Shown here: in pieces, positions 1 through 9,985 of the stretch
Layout: each line of letters starts with the position of its first letter
Numbering within the stretch: the stretch's first letter is position 1
NCBI GenBank assembly: GCA_028716945.1
Contig: JAQUOT010000002.1
Span: forward strand, 194,202 to 258,201
Source: Candidatus Nanoarchaeia archaeon
GTDB taxonomy: Archaea > Nanobdellota > Nanobdellia > SCGC-AAA011-G17 > JAFCDX01
Direction of reading: 5' to 3'
DNA length: 64,000 nucleotides
Position numbers and translations under genes: made by a program
The notes under the pieces: model-generated
The model's database searches: none
What the model was told of the DNA's origin: nothing
The model's input: the letters and a program-made list of their open reading frames with translations, nothing else

Positions 1-837
1 CCTCAAAATTCAAATTCATTTGTTGTAGCTCATTTACTTAAATTATTAGGTTTAACATCAAATACAACTTATTATTACGTAGTTAGTTCTTCAGATAAAT
101 GGGGAAATACAAATACTTCTTCACAATACTCATTTATTACTTCTTTAACTTCTTCAAGTACTTCAGTATCTAGTAGCAGAGGAGGAGGCGGTGGAGGTGG
201 TTCAGGTAAACCAACTTGTACTGAAAAAGATTATAATTTTACTAAATGGTCTGAATGTATAGAAGGAGGAAAAGCAACAAGAACTTATACTTTAATTAAT
301 AAAAATTGTATTAAAAATACAAATACTTATGATGTAAACTTATACATAGAAAAAGATTGTTATTATAAATCAAAAAATCCAATACAACAATCAGTACCTG
401 AAACAGGATCAGAAGTTCAAAGTAATGCCCCCATTGAAGATAATAGCCCACTAACAGGATTTTCAGTAATGGATTTAATTCCAAGACAATTGTCAGATAA
501 TTGGAAACATTTAGTTAATTTGATATTATTGTTAGTATTATTGCTTGCTTTATATGTGATATATCAAAAGAAAAAATATCCTAAGATAAAACAAGAAGCA
601 ATTGATAATGTCATAAGAGTTTCAGCTATTACTAAGAATAAAGGAAGTTCTGTTGTAGCTGTTGCACAAGCAGCTAAATTAACTCCTACTAAAAAAGTAG
701 AAGTAAAAAAAGCCCCAACTAAAGATCAATTAAAAAATGATTTTATAGAACAAACTTTAAAGAGAATACAAGAAAGGGAAAAAACAATAAAAGTACAGAA
801 TGAAAAAAGTAGATTTAACAGAGATTTTAGGTTATAA
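1..837 (+). CDS. 5'-truncated cell-surface protein (FN3-like domain, Ser/Gly linker, TSP1-like Cys module, TM anchor, basic tail)
   Basis: Frame 1 is open from base 1, upstream of the track ORF at 469: HLLKLLGLTSNTTYYYVVSSSDKWGNTNTSSQYSF (FN3-like), SSSRGGGGGGGSG, KWSECIEGGKATR, LTGFSV, then a hydrophobic helix. Confidence 0.75.
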   Translation, partial: PQNSNSFVVAHLLKLLGLTSNTTYYYVVSSSDKWGNTNTSSQYSFITSLTSSSTSVSSSRGGGGGGGSGKPTCTEKDYNFTKWSECIEGGKATRTYTLINKNCIKNTNTYDVNLYIEKDCYYKSKNPIQQSVPETGSEVQSNAPIEDNSPLTGFSVMDLIPRQLSDNWKHLVNLILLLVLLLALYVIYQKKKYPKIKQEAIDNVIRVSAITKNKGSSVVAVAQAAKLTPTKKVEVKKAPTKDQLKNDFIEQTLKRIQEREKTIKVQNEKSRFNRDFRL

Positions 838-986
838 TTCTTTAAAACACTTTTAAATACCATTAAAGCCATTTTATCCTTATAGATATTTTTATAAATA
901 ATAATTTATTTAAGGTATTGAAGTTGCATCTTAATAGTAGTAAATAAACCAAAAGATTTAAATAATAGATAATTATATATTAAATT

Positions 987-1577
987 ATGGGAAAAGACAA
1001 AGGAACATACGAACTTGCTGAAGAAATAAGAAGAAAAAAAGTAATCCCTGAAAGACATCAACATTTTATTAATCAAGGAATACCTGATGTAGCAGCAATG
1101 ATACTTGCCACAGAAAGAGGAATAGGATATGGGAATTTACCTGATCTAAATAAACTTGCAAAAGACTATCTAGATAAATTTGCAAAAGATTATAAACCCA
1201 ATCCAAGAGAAGGGTTGTCCGAAGGTTTGTTAAAAATAATAGATAATGCGCAAACAAAAGATGGACACAATTTAGGTTATCTTTATATAAATTTACCAGA
1301 AGATATAAATAAACCTGGTTTAAATCAACCTTTTTCATACGGGTTAAGAATCCCAATTCAAGGAGAATTTGATCTTGTAAAGTTTTTAGAAAGTAAAAAA
1401 GCATTAATCGCCGATGGAATTATTATACGATATAGTTTGACAAAAAAAGAAGTAATTGAATTTTTTGGACAGGCAACTTCAAAACAAGAATTTGAAGTTA
1501 TATCAAATAAATTTAGAAGTTTGGCTAATATGCTCTATGAAGAATTAGAAAAAACCGGGCACATCAAACCATTTTAA
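987..1577 (+). CDS. hypothetical protein
   Basis: 196-aa ORF with TTTAAATA box about 23 nt upstream; no motif recognised. Confidence 0.6.
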   Translation: MGKDKGTYELAEEIRRKKVIPERHQHFINQGIPDVAAMILATERGIGYGNLPDLNKLAKDYLDKFAKDYKPNPREGLSEGLLKIIDNAQTKDGHNLGYLYINLPEDINKPGLNQPFSYGLRIPIQGEFDLVKFLESKKALIADGIIIRYSLTKKEVIEFFGQATSKQEFEVISNKFRSLANMLYEELEKTGHIKPF

Positions 1578-1696
1578 TAAACTTAATCCTAATAATCTTT
1601 TCGTAATATAATTTTTAATACTCTTTTTATTTCCAGAGAGTTATAATTGATAATAATATAAAAACTTGAAAAATAATAAAGAATTTGCAGAAAAAA

Positions 1697-3025
1697 TCAA
1701 ATTTTAATTTTTTTACCATTATACATCAAATAAAGGTTTTTTCCTTGAGAATAACCACATTCTTTAGCCAATTCTGCAAGAGCATTTAATTTAGCTCCAT
1801 CTCCATGTGCAGGAATAATGTTCTTGGGTTTAACCATAGTAATTAAATCTCTCAAATCCTCTCTTGAACTATGTCCAGAAGAATGAATATCTGTGAATAT
1901 TCTTACTCTTGCTTTTTTTAATTTAGATTCAAGAACTTTTCTATTAGCAATATTAACAGGGTCTGGAATAACTTTACTAGCAAATATTACACTGTCTCCA
2001 TCCTTGAAATTAAATTGTAATTGTTTTTTTACCATTTTATCCAAAGTAGAACCTGGTTCTCCCTGATTTCCAGTACAAATTACAACATATTCATCTCTAT
2101 TTTTTTCAATCTTAGAAAGAACTTTTTTAATATCTCTTTTGTAAGAAACAATTTCTCCTTTTTTAGAAAAATTAACTATACTTACATTTTCTGCTGCTTT
2201 GATATATTTACCCATTGACCTACCAAGAAATACAACTTTTCTTTTTAATTGCTCTGCAAATTCAACAGCACTTGATATTCTTGCTATATGAGAAGCGAAA
2301 GTTGTTACAAAAATAGCATTTTTTTCATTGCTTACTCCAAGCATAACATCTTTTAATAATTCTCTTGCTACTTTTTCACTTGGAGTTTTTCCTTCTCTGT
2401 CTGCATATAAAGATTCAACAATCATTGCAGCAACATTTTGATATCTTAATTCTTTTAATCTTGCATAATTTGGTGCATCTCCAATAATAGGATTATTATC
2501 AAACTTAAAATCATTGCAATAAAGAACAATTCCTTCCTTTGTATGCAAACACATCATTGCACTTTGTGGAGTACTATGCGTAATGTTAATGAATTCAATT
2601 TTTAATGAGTCTGAAATCTTCATAGTTGTATTTAAATTAATGGTTCTTAAATCATTAGGCAAGATAGCATCTTCTTCTGCAATTATTACTTTAAGAACTT
2701 CCATTGTATACGGACTTGCATATATAGGACAATTATATTTTGCTGCTAGATAAGGAACAGCTTCAATATGATCTAAATGTACGTGTCCAAGACAAATAGC
2801 TTTTACTTTTTTAGTCCATCCTAATTGATCTAATACAGTATCGTCTGGTAAAGCCCCTATTTTTCTTAATTTTATTGTAGAAAGATTTAATTTTTCCTCT
2901 TCTTCAAGATTAACAATTGGAGGTAGATAAATACCCATATCAAAGATAACTACTTCATCACCAACTTTAACAGCAGTCATATTTTTTCCAACTTCATTAT
3001 AACCGCCAACAGTACATATTTCCAT
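1697..3025 (-). CDS. rnj: ribonuclease J (beta-CASP metallo-beta-lactamase)
   Basis: GGYNEVGKNMT N-terminus, HVHLDH motif, HSTP, DFKFD, HSSGH and PAHG motifs. Confidence 0.93.
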   Translation of the reverse strand: MEICTVGGYNEVGKNMTAVKVGDEVVIFDMGIYLPPIVNLEEEEKLNLSTIKLRKIGALPDDTVLDQLGWTKKVKAICLGHVHLDHIEAVPYLAAKYNCPIYASPYTMEVLKVIIAEEDAILPNDLRTINLNTTMKISDSLKIEFINITHSTPQSAMMCLHTKEGIVLYCNDFKFDNNPIIGDAPNYARLKELRYQNVAAMIVESLYADREGKTPSEKVARELLKDVMLGVSNEKNAIFVTTFASHIARISSAVEFAEQLKRKVVFLGRSMGKYIKAAENVSIVNFSKKGEIVSYKRDIKKVLSKIEKNRDEYVVICTGNQGEPGSTLDKMVKKQLQFNFKDGDSVIFASKVIPDPVNIANRKVLESKLKKARVRIFTDIHSSGHSSREDLRDLITMVKPKNIIPAHGDGAKLNALAELAKECGYSQGKNLYLMYNGKKIKI

Positions 3026-3051
3026 TATTAATATAAATTTTTATTAGTTTA

Positions 3052-3330
3052 TTAAGGTTTTGATATCTCTAGAACATATTTAGCAGGTTTCTTAGGAATA
3101 TAAACTGTAAAAGGTTTTATCCTTTTGTAATCAACTATTTTTTTGTTTTTATCAAGAAAATAAACGTCAAAACTAAAAAATACAAAGAAACTATGTATGC
3201 CTGAAGCAAATCTCGACTCTTTTTTAGCTACAAGCATTATATTTTTCTTTTTAGAGAACATTAAACCTCTAAAATTCTTAAAAAGAGTATTACAAACTTC
3301 ATATTTTATTTTTTTGAGATTTATTTTCAT
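3052..3330 (-). CDS. DUF192-family protein
   Basis: RGLMF..IHSFFVFFSFDVYFLD..AKYVLE pattern. Confidence 0.75.
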   Translation of the reverse strand: MKINLKKIKYEVCNTLFKNFRGLMFSKKKNIMLVAKKESRFASGIHSFFVFFSFDVYFLDKNKKIVDYKRIKPFTVYIPKKPAKYVLEISKP

Positions 3331-3515
3331 TTATTTCTTAATAGAATTAATTTTTGTTTTCCATTTGGAGTCTTTAATAACCTTTTATAAAAGTTATTTG
3401 ACATTATTATTTGGGCATCCATAAAATCTTTTACTTTAGCTTTCCATTTATGGGGATTGTTTTTAACAAAATTAGCCCATCTAACTATCTGTTCTTCATG
3501 ACTTGGATCTCTCAT
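3327..3515 (-). CDS. small basic hypothetical protein, partner of the upstream nucleotidyltransferase
   Basis: 62 aa, 4-nt ATGA overlaps with both neighbours. Confidence 0.65.
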   Translation of the reverse strand: MRDPSHEEQIVRWANFVKNNPHKWKAKVKDFMDAQIIMSNNFYKRLLKTPNGKQKLILLRNK

Positions 3516-4075
3516 TTTAACCTTAACCTCTTTATTTCCTTTTTAATCTTTTCTATTTCTTTTTCATCTAAACTATCCGAATAAATTATTCTCAAATGTT
3601 TAGCATCTTCCAAATCTTTATTTGATTTTAATAATTCTTCTTTAAAAGCAATATTTGTTTCTATACTAGAAAAATATATATCCAAACCAGTTAAAGGTAG
3701 CTTTTTTCTTGTTTTTAATTGATATTCGTCAATAGAATCTTTTGCAAATTTTAATTCTGCTTCTGGAACAAAAGTTCCTTTTTTAATATATCTTACACTC
3801 AAATCCTGAGATAAATAATCATTATAGATTATTAAAGGATCATTTGACTGCATACATTCAAAATTATTATTTTCTAACTCTTTATGTAATAAAATAAATT
3901 TTTCTCTAGGCAACTTTTCTATTATAATATCTATATCTTCTGTTCCTCTTGTTCTGCCATGAGCAATAGCTACAAAACCAGAAACAACAATATATTTACC
4001 ATATTTTTCTAATATTTTAGCAAAATCTTTTATGAACTTATCAAGAATTGTCTTATCACTAATTTCTCTTTTCAT
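3512..4075 (-). CDS. Pol-beta-like nucleotidyltransferase (DUF6036-like)
   Basis: VVSGFVAIAHGRTRGTEDIDII motif and C-terminal KDLEDA. Confidence 0.75.
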   Translation of the reverse strand: MKREISDKTILDKFIKDFAKILEKYGKYIVVSGFVAIAHGRTRGTEDIDIIIEKLPREKFILLHKELENNNFECMQSNDPLIIYNDYLSQDLSVRYIKKGTFVPEAELKFAKDSIDEYQLKTRKKLPLTGLDIYFSSIETNIAFKEELLKSNKDLEDAKHLRIIYSDSLDEKEIEKIKKEIKRLRLK

Positions 4076-4185
4076 TAGTTTATAATGTTTTTAAAATATA
4101 TAAAGTTATTTACTTTTAAATTAATATTTTAATATATATTATTAATTACATATATGTATTTAAATTTATTTGAATAAAAAAAGGG

Positions 4186-6261
4186 ATGGATTTTGGAAAG
4201 AGGGGTGTAGTTCTAAAAATAAGGAAAAGAGACGGTAGATTAGTTGATTTTAGCAAGGAAAAGATAATTGAAGCCATCTGGAAATCTGTACAAGATGTTG
4301 GTGGAAAAGACAGAAAAGAGGCAGAAAACCTAGGAAATCAGATTGCCGGACTTGCTCTTGAGAAATTTGCTAAAAAAATACCTACTGTTGAAGATATTCA
4401 GGATATAGTTGAAAAAGTTTTGATAGAAAATGGACATGCTAAAGTAGCAAAAAATTATATTCTTTACAGACAGCAAAAATCAAACTTAAGAGAAACAAAA
4501 GAATTCATTGTAGATTCTATTAAATTAGTTGATGATTATATTGGAAAAGAAGACTGGAGAGTATATGAAAATGCAAATGCAACTTATTCTCTTCCTGGAT
4601 TATTAGGATATTCTGCTGGTTCTATAATGTCTTTTTACGGACTACACCATATTTATCCAAGAGAAATAGCACTAGCTCATACTTCTGGTTATATTCACAT
4701 TCATAATTTATCAATGGCATTGAATGGTTATTGTGCAGGTTGGTCTTTAAGAAAATTATTGCATGAAGGTTTTAATGGTATTCCAGGAAAATTAGACTGC
4801 AGGCCTCCAAAACATATGAGAAGTGCTATTGGTCAAATAATAAACTTTACAGGTACTTTGCAAAACGAATGGGCAGGTGCTCAAGCATTTAATAGTGTAG
4901 ATAGTTACCTAGCTCCTTTTGTTAAAGCAGATAGTTTATCTTACAAAGATATTAAACAAAATATTCAAGAATTAGTTTATAATTTAAATATTTCAAGCAG
5001 ATGGGCCGGACAAACACCCTTTTCAAATATAACACTAGATCTAAATGTTCCTAAAGATTTGTCAGAACAGCCTGTTACAATTGGAGGAAAACTAATTGAT
5101 TCAACTTATTCTAACTATCAAAAAGAAATGGATCAAATCAACAAAGCTTTTATTGAAGTTTTAATAGAAGGAGATGCTAAATCAAGAGTATTTACTTTCC
5201 CAATTCCAACCTATAATTTAACAAAAGATTTTGATTGGGATTCTGAAACTGCAAATTCTTTATTTGAAATGACTGCAAAATACGGACTTCCTTATTTTCA
5301 AAATTTCATAAATTCTGATTTAAATCCAGGAGATATTAGAGCAATGTGCTGTAGATTACAATTAAATCTAAAAGAATTACAGAAAAACGTAACAGGTGGA
5401 AGATTTAGTTCTGCTGAATCCACAGGAAGCATTGGTGTAGTAACTATAAACTTGCCAAGATTAGCTTATGAATCAAAAACAGAAGAAGAATTCCTTGAGA
5501 AACTTGAAAGATATATGTTCTTGGCAAAAGAAAGCCTTGAAATAAAAAGAAAACTAGTAGAAAGAAACATTCAAAGAAACTTATTACCTTATACTAAAAG
5601 ATATTTAGGAACATTAAAACATCATTTTGCAACAATTGGTATTATAGGTATGCATGAAGCTTGTTTAAACTTATTCAACAAAGGAATTGATACTCCAAAA
5701 GGCCAAAAATTTGCAATAAAAACCTTAAATTTCATGAGAGAAAGGTTAGTAGAATTCCAAGAAGATACAAAAAATATCTATAATTTAGAAGCAACTCCAG
5801 GAGAAGGAGCCTCTTACAGATTAGCAAAAAAAGACAGACAACAATATCCACAAATTAAAAACAGTGGAACAAAAGAGCCTTATTATACCAATTCTACACA
5901 GCTGCCTGTTGGACATACTTCAGATTTATTTACTGCTATAAAACATCAAGAACCGCTTCAGAAATTATATACAGGAGGAACTGTATTCCATACTTTCTTA
6001 GGAGAATCCATTGACAAAGAAGCCTGTAAAGTTCTTGTTAAAAAAATTGCATCGAACTCAACACTGCCTTATTTTACAATAACTCCTACGTTTTCAATAT
6101 GTGAAGAGCATGGTTATTTGAAAGATGATCAAGCAATTTGTCCTCATTGCAACAAACCAACAGAAGTTTATTCTAGAGTTGTAGGTTATCTAAGACCTGT
6201 AAAAGATTGGAACTTAGGAAAACAAGAAGAATTCAAAGAAAGAAAAGTCTATAAAATATGA
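4186..6261 (+). CDS. nrdD: anaerobic (class III) ribonucleoside-triphosphate reductase with ATP-cone
   Basis: KRDGR ATP-cone, YCAGW, AMCCRL finger loop, C-terminal CEEHG..CPHC and YSRVVGYLRP glycyl-radical loop. Confidence 0.96.
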   Translation: MDFGKRGVVLKIRKRDGRLVDFSKEKIIEAIWKSVQDVGGKDRKEAENLGNQIAGLALEKFAKKIPTVEDIQDIVEKVLIENGHAKVAKNYILYRQQKSNLRETKEFIVDSIKLVDDYIGKEDWRVYENANATYSLPGLLGYSAGSIMSFYGLHHIYPREIALAHTSGYIHIHNLSMALNGYCAGWSLRKLLHEGFNGIPGKLDCRPPKHMRSAIGQIINFTGTLQNEWAGAQAFNSVDSYLAPFVKADSLSYKDIKQNIQELVYNLNISSRWAGQTPFSNITLDLNVPKDLSEQPVTIGGKLIDSTYSNYQKEMDQINKAFIEVLIEGDAKSRVFTFPIPTYNLTKDFDWDSETANSLFEMTAKYGLPYFQNFINSDLNPGDIRAMCCRLQLNLKELQKNVTGGRFSSAESTGSIGVVTINLPRLAYESKTEEEFLEKLERYMFLAKESLEIKRKLVERNIQRNLLPYTKRYLGTLKHHFATIGIIGMHEACLNLFNKGIDTPKGQKFAIKTLNFMRERLVEFQEDTKNIYNLEATPGEGASYRLAKKDRQQYPQIKNSGTKEPYYTNSTQLPVGHTSDLFTAIKHQEPLQKLYTGGTVFHTFLGESIDKEACKVLVKKIASNSTLPYFTITPTFSICEEHGYLKDDQAICPHCNKPTEVYSRVVGYLRPVKDWNLGKQEEFKERKVYKI

Positions 6262-6932
6262 GATTAAAATTAACTAACAAACAAAGTTTAAATGATTGGC
6301 CCGGCAAAATAGTTTTTCCTGTGTTGATTGAAGGTTGTAATTTTAAATGTCCTTATTGTTTTTTGCCCGAATTAGTAACTAATTTTACTAAAGAAGAAAT
6401 AAAACAAGAAGAATTATTAAAAAAAATAGCTGAATTAGATAAAACTTGGTATGATGGGATATTAATTAGTGGTGGAGAGCCTACAATACACAAAGAATTA
6501 CCTGAATTTCTTAAAAAAATAAAAGATATTGGATTTAAAATAAGGATATTTACAAATGGTTCTAATCCTAATATGTTAAAGAAGTTAATTGATGAAAAAT
6601 TAGTTGATAGTATTGCAATGGATGTAAAAAATACCAAAGAAAAGTATGAATCTACTACAAATTCTAAAATTAATATAAAAGACCTTGAAGAAAGCATGAA
6701 AATAACTGCTTCTTTAAAAGATTATGAGTTTAGAACTACTATAATAAGAAAATTCCATACTAAAGAAGATGTTGTTAAGATATTCAAATGGATTTCTTCT
6801 GTAATAGACAAAAAACCTAATTATAAAATACAAAATTTCTATGATAGAGCAGAATACATTGATGAAAATATGAAAAGAGAAGAACCTTTTCAAGAAAAAG
6901 AAATAAATGATATTTACAAAGATATTACTTAA
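6258..6932 (+). CDS. nrdG: class III RNR activating radical SAM enzyme
   Basis: GCNFKCPYC (CxxxCxxC), SGGEPT, YEFRTT; overlaps the nrdD stop. Confidence 0.92.
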   Translation: MRLKLTNKQSLNDWPGKIVFPVLIEGCNFKCPYCFLPELVTNFTKEEIKQEELLKKIAELDKTWYDGILISGGEPTIHKELPEFLKKIKDIGFKIRIFTNGSNPNMLKKLIDEKLVDSIAMDVKNTKEKYESTTNSKINIKDLEESMKITASLKDYEFRTTIIRKFHTKEDVVKIFKWISSVIDKKPNYKIQNFYDRAEYIDENMKREEPFQEKEINDIYKDIT

Positions 6933-7359
6933 GATTTTTATCTTTTCTAAAATTTAATTTATCCTTTAAAGAAGTTAAATTCATTTTATCTTTGAAATTA
7001 ATATTTTTTAAATCCACAGGTTTCATTTGACTTAATTTATTTATGTATCTTATAACCATAAATATAAAAAATGCTACAATTAAAAAATCTAAAGTAGTAT
7101 TTATAAAATTACCATAAGCAATTATTGGAGCTCCTGCTTCTTTTGCCGCAGCTATTGTTGCATAATGTTTTCCTGATAAATCCGCAAATAAATCTTGGAA
7201 ATTTACTCCGCCAATTAATAATCCAATTGGAGGCATTATAATATCATTAACCAAAGAAGTAACTATCTTTCCAAAAGCTCCACCTATAATAATACCCACA
7301 GCTAAATCAATAACGTTTCCACGCATTGCAAATTCCTTAAATTCTTTACCAATTCCCAT
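6925..7359 (-). CDS. mscL: large-conductance mechanosensitive channel
   Basis: [41 protein letters not shown] signature. Confidence 0.96.
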   Translation of the reverse strand: MGIGKEFKEFAMRGNVIDLAVGIIIGGAFGKIVTSLVNDIIMPPIGLLIGGVNFQDLFADLSGKHYATIAAAKEAGAPIIAYGNFINTTLDFLIVAFFIFMVIRYINKLSQMKPVDLKNINFKDKMNLTSLKDKLNFRKDKNLK

Positions 7360-7631
7360 TATTTCTCCTTTTTACCCCAGAATAATCGACATAAACAATG
7401 TCCATCTTTTTTTATTTCATTTATATGCCAGAAACAAGGGCATATTTTCTTTGCATCTTCTTTAGTATTTCCTGTTAAAATTCTGCAGGGACAATAAGGA
7501 ACACCATATGTTTCTCTGTTAGCTTCTAATCCTTCTAGAATAATATCCCTTTCTTTTTCATCAGGATTTAAATGAAATCCTTTTATTTTAGCGTATTTTT
7601 CAGCTACTTCTTGCTCTTTTTTAATGTTCAT
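7359..7631 (-). CDS. ferredoxin:thioredoxin reductase catalytic subunit
   Basis: YCPCR, ICPC and GHCLCRLF motifs (CPC-CPC-CxC). Confidence 0.9.
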   Translation of the reverse strand: MNIKKEQEVAEKYAKIKGFHLNPDEKERDIILEGLEANRETYGVPYCPCRILTGNTKEDAKKICPCFWHINEIKKDGHCLCRLFWGKKEK

Positions 7632-7649
7632 GGTATCTTAGTATATGTT

Positions 7650-7982
7650 CTATTTTAAATTCTTATCTATCCACATTTTTATTTCTAATTCTGATTTTAA
7701 ACCTATAAATTCATCTACTATTTTTCCATTTTTAAACATTTTAACACTTGGAATAGCAGAAACATCATATTCTCCTGCTTTTTCTCCTGCTTCGTCTGCA
7801 TTTGCTTTTGCTAAGATAAACTTTCCTTTGTATTCTACTGCTAACTTTTCTAGAATAGGTTTTAACATTCTGCATGGACCACACCATTCTGCCCAAAAAT
7901 CTACAATTACAGGAACTTCTTTGGATTTCTTTATAACTTCTTTTTCAAAATTATCATCATTGACTTCTATTTCAAATTTCAT
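7650..7982 (-). CDS. trxA: thioredoxin
   Basis: DFWAEWCGPCR active site, cis-Pro AIPS. Confidence 0.95.
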   Translation of the reverse strand: MKFEIEVNDDNFEKEVIKKSKEVPVIVDFWAEWCGPCRMLKPILEKLAVEYKGKFILAKANADEAGEKAGEYDVSAIPSVKMFKNGKIVDEFIGLKSELEIKMWIDKNLK

Positions 7983-8548
7983 TTTGATAATACCTCTACG
8001 ATCTTATTTGCAAATTCCTTTGCAGCACTTGGACCATTTGCAGTAATTATTAATCCATCTGCTGTAACTTTATTTCCTGTATATATTGCTTTTCTTGCTG
8101 TTAGTTTTGAAGCTTCACTTGTAAATACAGTTGCTTCTCTTCCTGTTAATAATCCTGCATTTGCTAATATTACCGGAGCAAGGCATATTGCACTTACAAC
8201 TTTTGCTTCTCTATAAAAAGATTTTGCTAGATTAATTGCTTTTGTATCATTGTAATAAACTGTTGCTCCAGGTCCTCCAATAAAAACAACTGCATCGTAA
8301 TTTGTATCTGCATCATTTAACAATAAATCAACTTTTACATCTTTTCCATAAACGCTTGTTGCTCTTTCATTAGAACTAGTTGTAGTTACCTGTATTCCAT
8401 TATCTTCAAATATTTCTTTTGGAATAAAATACTCTTCATCCTTAAAGTTTTTAGGTGCAATAACCATTAACACTTTTTTATTCAAACCCATTTTAGCACA
8501 ACCACCTAACATTAAGCAGATTAATATTAATAAAATTATCCTTTTCAT
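7979..8548 (-). CDS. DJ-1/PfpI-family protein with lipoprotein-type signal peptide
   Basis: F.DEE, GGPG, AICLAP nucleophile, ITANGP; N-terminus MKRIILLILICLMLGGC. Confidence 0.88.
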   Translation of the reverse strand: MKRIILLILICLMLGGCAKMGLNKKVLMVIAPKNFKDEEYFIPKEIFEDNGIQVTTTSSNERATSVYGKDVKVDLLLNDADTNYDAVVFIGGPGATVYYNDTKAINLAKSFYREAKVVSAICLAPVILANAGLLTGREATVFTSEASKLTARKAIYTGNKVTADGLIITANGPSAAKEFANKIVEVLSK

Positions 8549-8709
8549 TCAAATACCTTTTCTATCATAAACCACATTGTTATAATAACTAAGAATATTG
8601 TTAATAATCCTAAACCCCAGGTAAATTTAGTTCCAAATAACCAAACTCCCATTAGTTTATATGCTAAATAAATAAATAATAAATCCCTTATAATGCTTCT
8701 AAACCCCAT
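8545..8709 (-). CDS. small membrane protein (54 aa, not in ORF track)
   Basis: Manual translation MGFRSIIRDLLFIYLAYKLMGVWLFGTKFTWGLGLLTIFLVIITMWFMIEKVFE; its TGA overlaps the ATG of the next gene; TATA-like boxes upstream. Confidence 0.65.
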   Translation of the reverse strand: MGFRSIIRDLLFIYLAYKLMGVWLFGTKFTWGLGLLTIFLVIITMWFMIEKVFE

Positions 8710-8779
8710 AATTTTAATTAGGTTTAAAACTATTTAAAACTATAATAAGTAAAAATATCACTTTAGAGTAATTACCAGA

Positions 8780-8793
8780 GAAAGGTTTATAAA
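8780..8793 (+). promoter_or_regulatory. archaeal BRE-TATA promoter
   Basis: GAAAGG-TTTATAAA about 21 nt before the ATG at 8815. Confidence 0.6.
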
Positions 8794-8814
8794 ATCTTTA
8801 AAACTTAAAAATTC

Positions 8815-9606
8815 ATGGCAGAAAACTTAAATTCAACTAAAAAACATGAAGTATTAATGGGTTTAACTACAAATCCAAAGTATGATTGGAAACTAAAAAT
8901 TGGAGAAATTATAAACCACGAAATACGAAGAATTGCTTTATTTCCAACACAATTAGATATTAAAGAACGTGAACAACTATATTATGCTCTTGAATCAATA
9001 CCTATAAAACCAGGAACACCAAAACTTCAAATTCCCCTAGTACATTTAAGACACGATACAAAAGCAGAAGAAATAAAATATTTAATTGAAAATTGGAAAA
9101 CTAAAGTGTTTAATGTGCATGAAGAATTACTCGATTCTAAAGAATTAGATGACTATAGACATATAATTTATGTAGAAAATAGATTTAAAACTCCTGAGCA
9201 ATCTTTTAAAGAAAGCTTGAAAAACTGTGCAGGATTATGTTTAGATGTTACACATTTACATGAAGGTAGAATAAATTTATTTTCTAAATTGAGAGATATG
9301 AATGGGTTATTAGAAGAATGTAAAGAAGATAATATTATAGGATGTTCTCATGTATCTGCAATAGATACAAATAAATGGAATCCAAGGAATTATTTATTTG
9401 GTTTTGAGAGACATAAATTGAGTGATTATACTGAACTAAAATATATACAAAATTATTTAGATTATTTACCTTATTTTATAAGTTTAGAACTAGATAATAA
9501 ACTTGAGCACCAAATACATATAAAATTCTATTTAGAAAATTTGATAGAAGGAAAAGATCTATTAAGCGAGGATCCGATAGATATGAAAAGATTATTAGAA
9601 AAATAA
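8815..9606 (+). CDS. hypothetical protein, probable xylose-isomerase/AP-endonuclease-like TIM barrel
   Basis: VH, YVEN, GLCLDVTH, SHVS, ISLE metal-ligand pattern. Confidence 0.55.
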   Translation: MAENLNSTKKHEVLMGLTTNPKYDWKLKIGEIINHEIRRIALFPTQLDIKEREQLYYALESIPIKPGTPKLQIPLVHLRHDTKAEEIKYLIENWKTKVFNVHEELLDSKELDDYRHIIYVENRFKTPEQSFKESLKNCAGLCLDVTHLHEGRINLFSKLRDMNGLLEECKEDNIIGCSHVSAIDTNKWNPRNYLFGFERHKLSDYTELKYIQNYLDYLPYFISLELDNKLEHQIHIKFYLENLIEGKDLLSEDPIDMKRLLEK

Positions 9607-9612
9607 AATTTA

Positions 9613-9942
9613 TTAATAACTTGTTTTTGGTTTCTTAAAAAAAGTAATTTCATATTTTAGTGGGTATACAGAATAGATAACTAATAATCCTTTTTCGTCA
9701 CAACTAGGATTTGAGCAACTTAATCTAAAAGCAGGATATTTAGCCCAATCTCCAAGATTACCTGTGTGATTAAAATGATTTCCACATTTACAAGGTTTTT
9801 CAAGTTCAGGGTTTAATAAAATTTCTAATTTTTTAATCTTTTCTTCGGTTGACATGGATTTTGTTTCTGAATAATCTTTCTCTAAAGGAGGCATAAGCCT
9901 TACTGGAAATTTAACTTTTCCCAAAATCTCGTTTCCTGACAT
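9613..9942 (-). CDS. hypothetical protein with possible Zn ribbon
   Basis: CKCG..CSNPSC; TATA box upstream. Confidence 0.55.
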   Translation of the reverse strand: MSGNEILGKVKFPVRLMPPLEKDYSETKSMSTEEKIKKLEILLNPELEKPCKCGNHFNHTGNLGDWAKYPAFRLSCSNPSCDEKGLLVIYSVYPLKYEITFFKKPKTSY

Positions 9943-9985
9943 AAATTATATATAACAAAAAATTATTTAAACCTTTTCATTAGAA

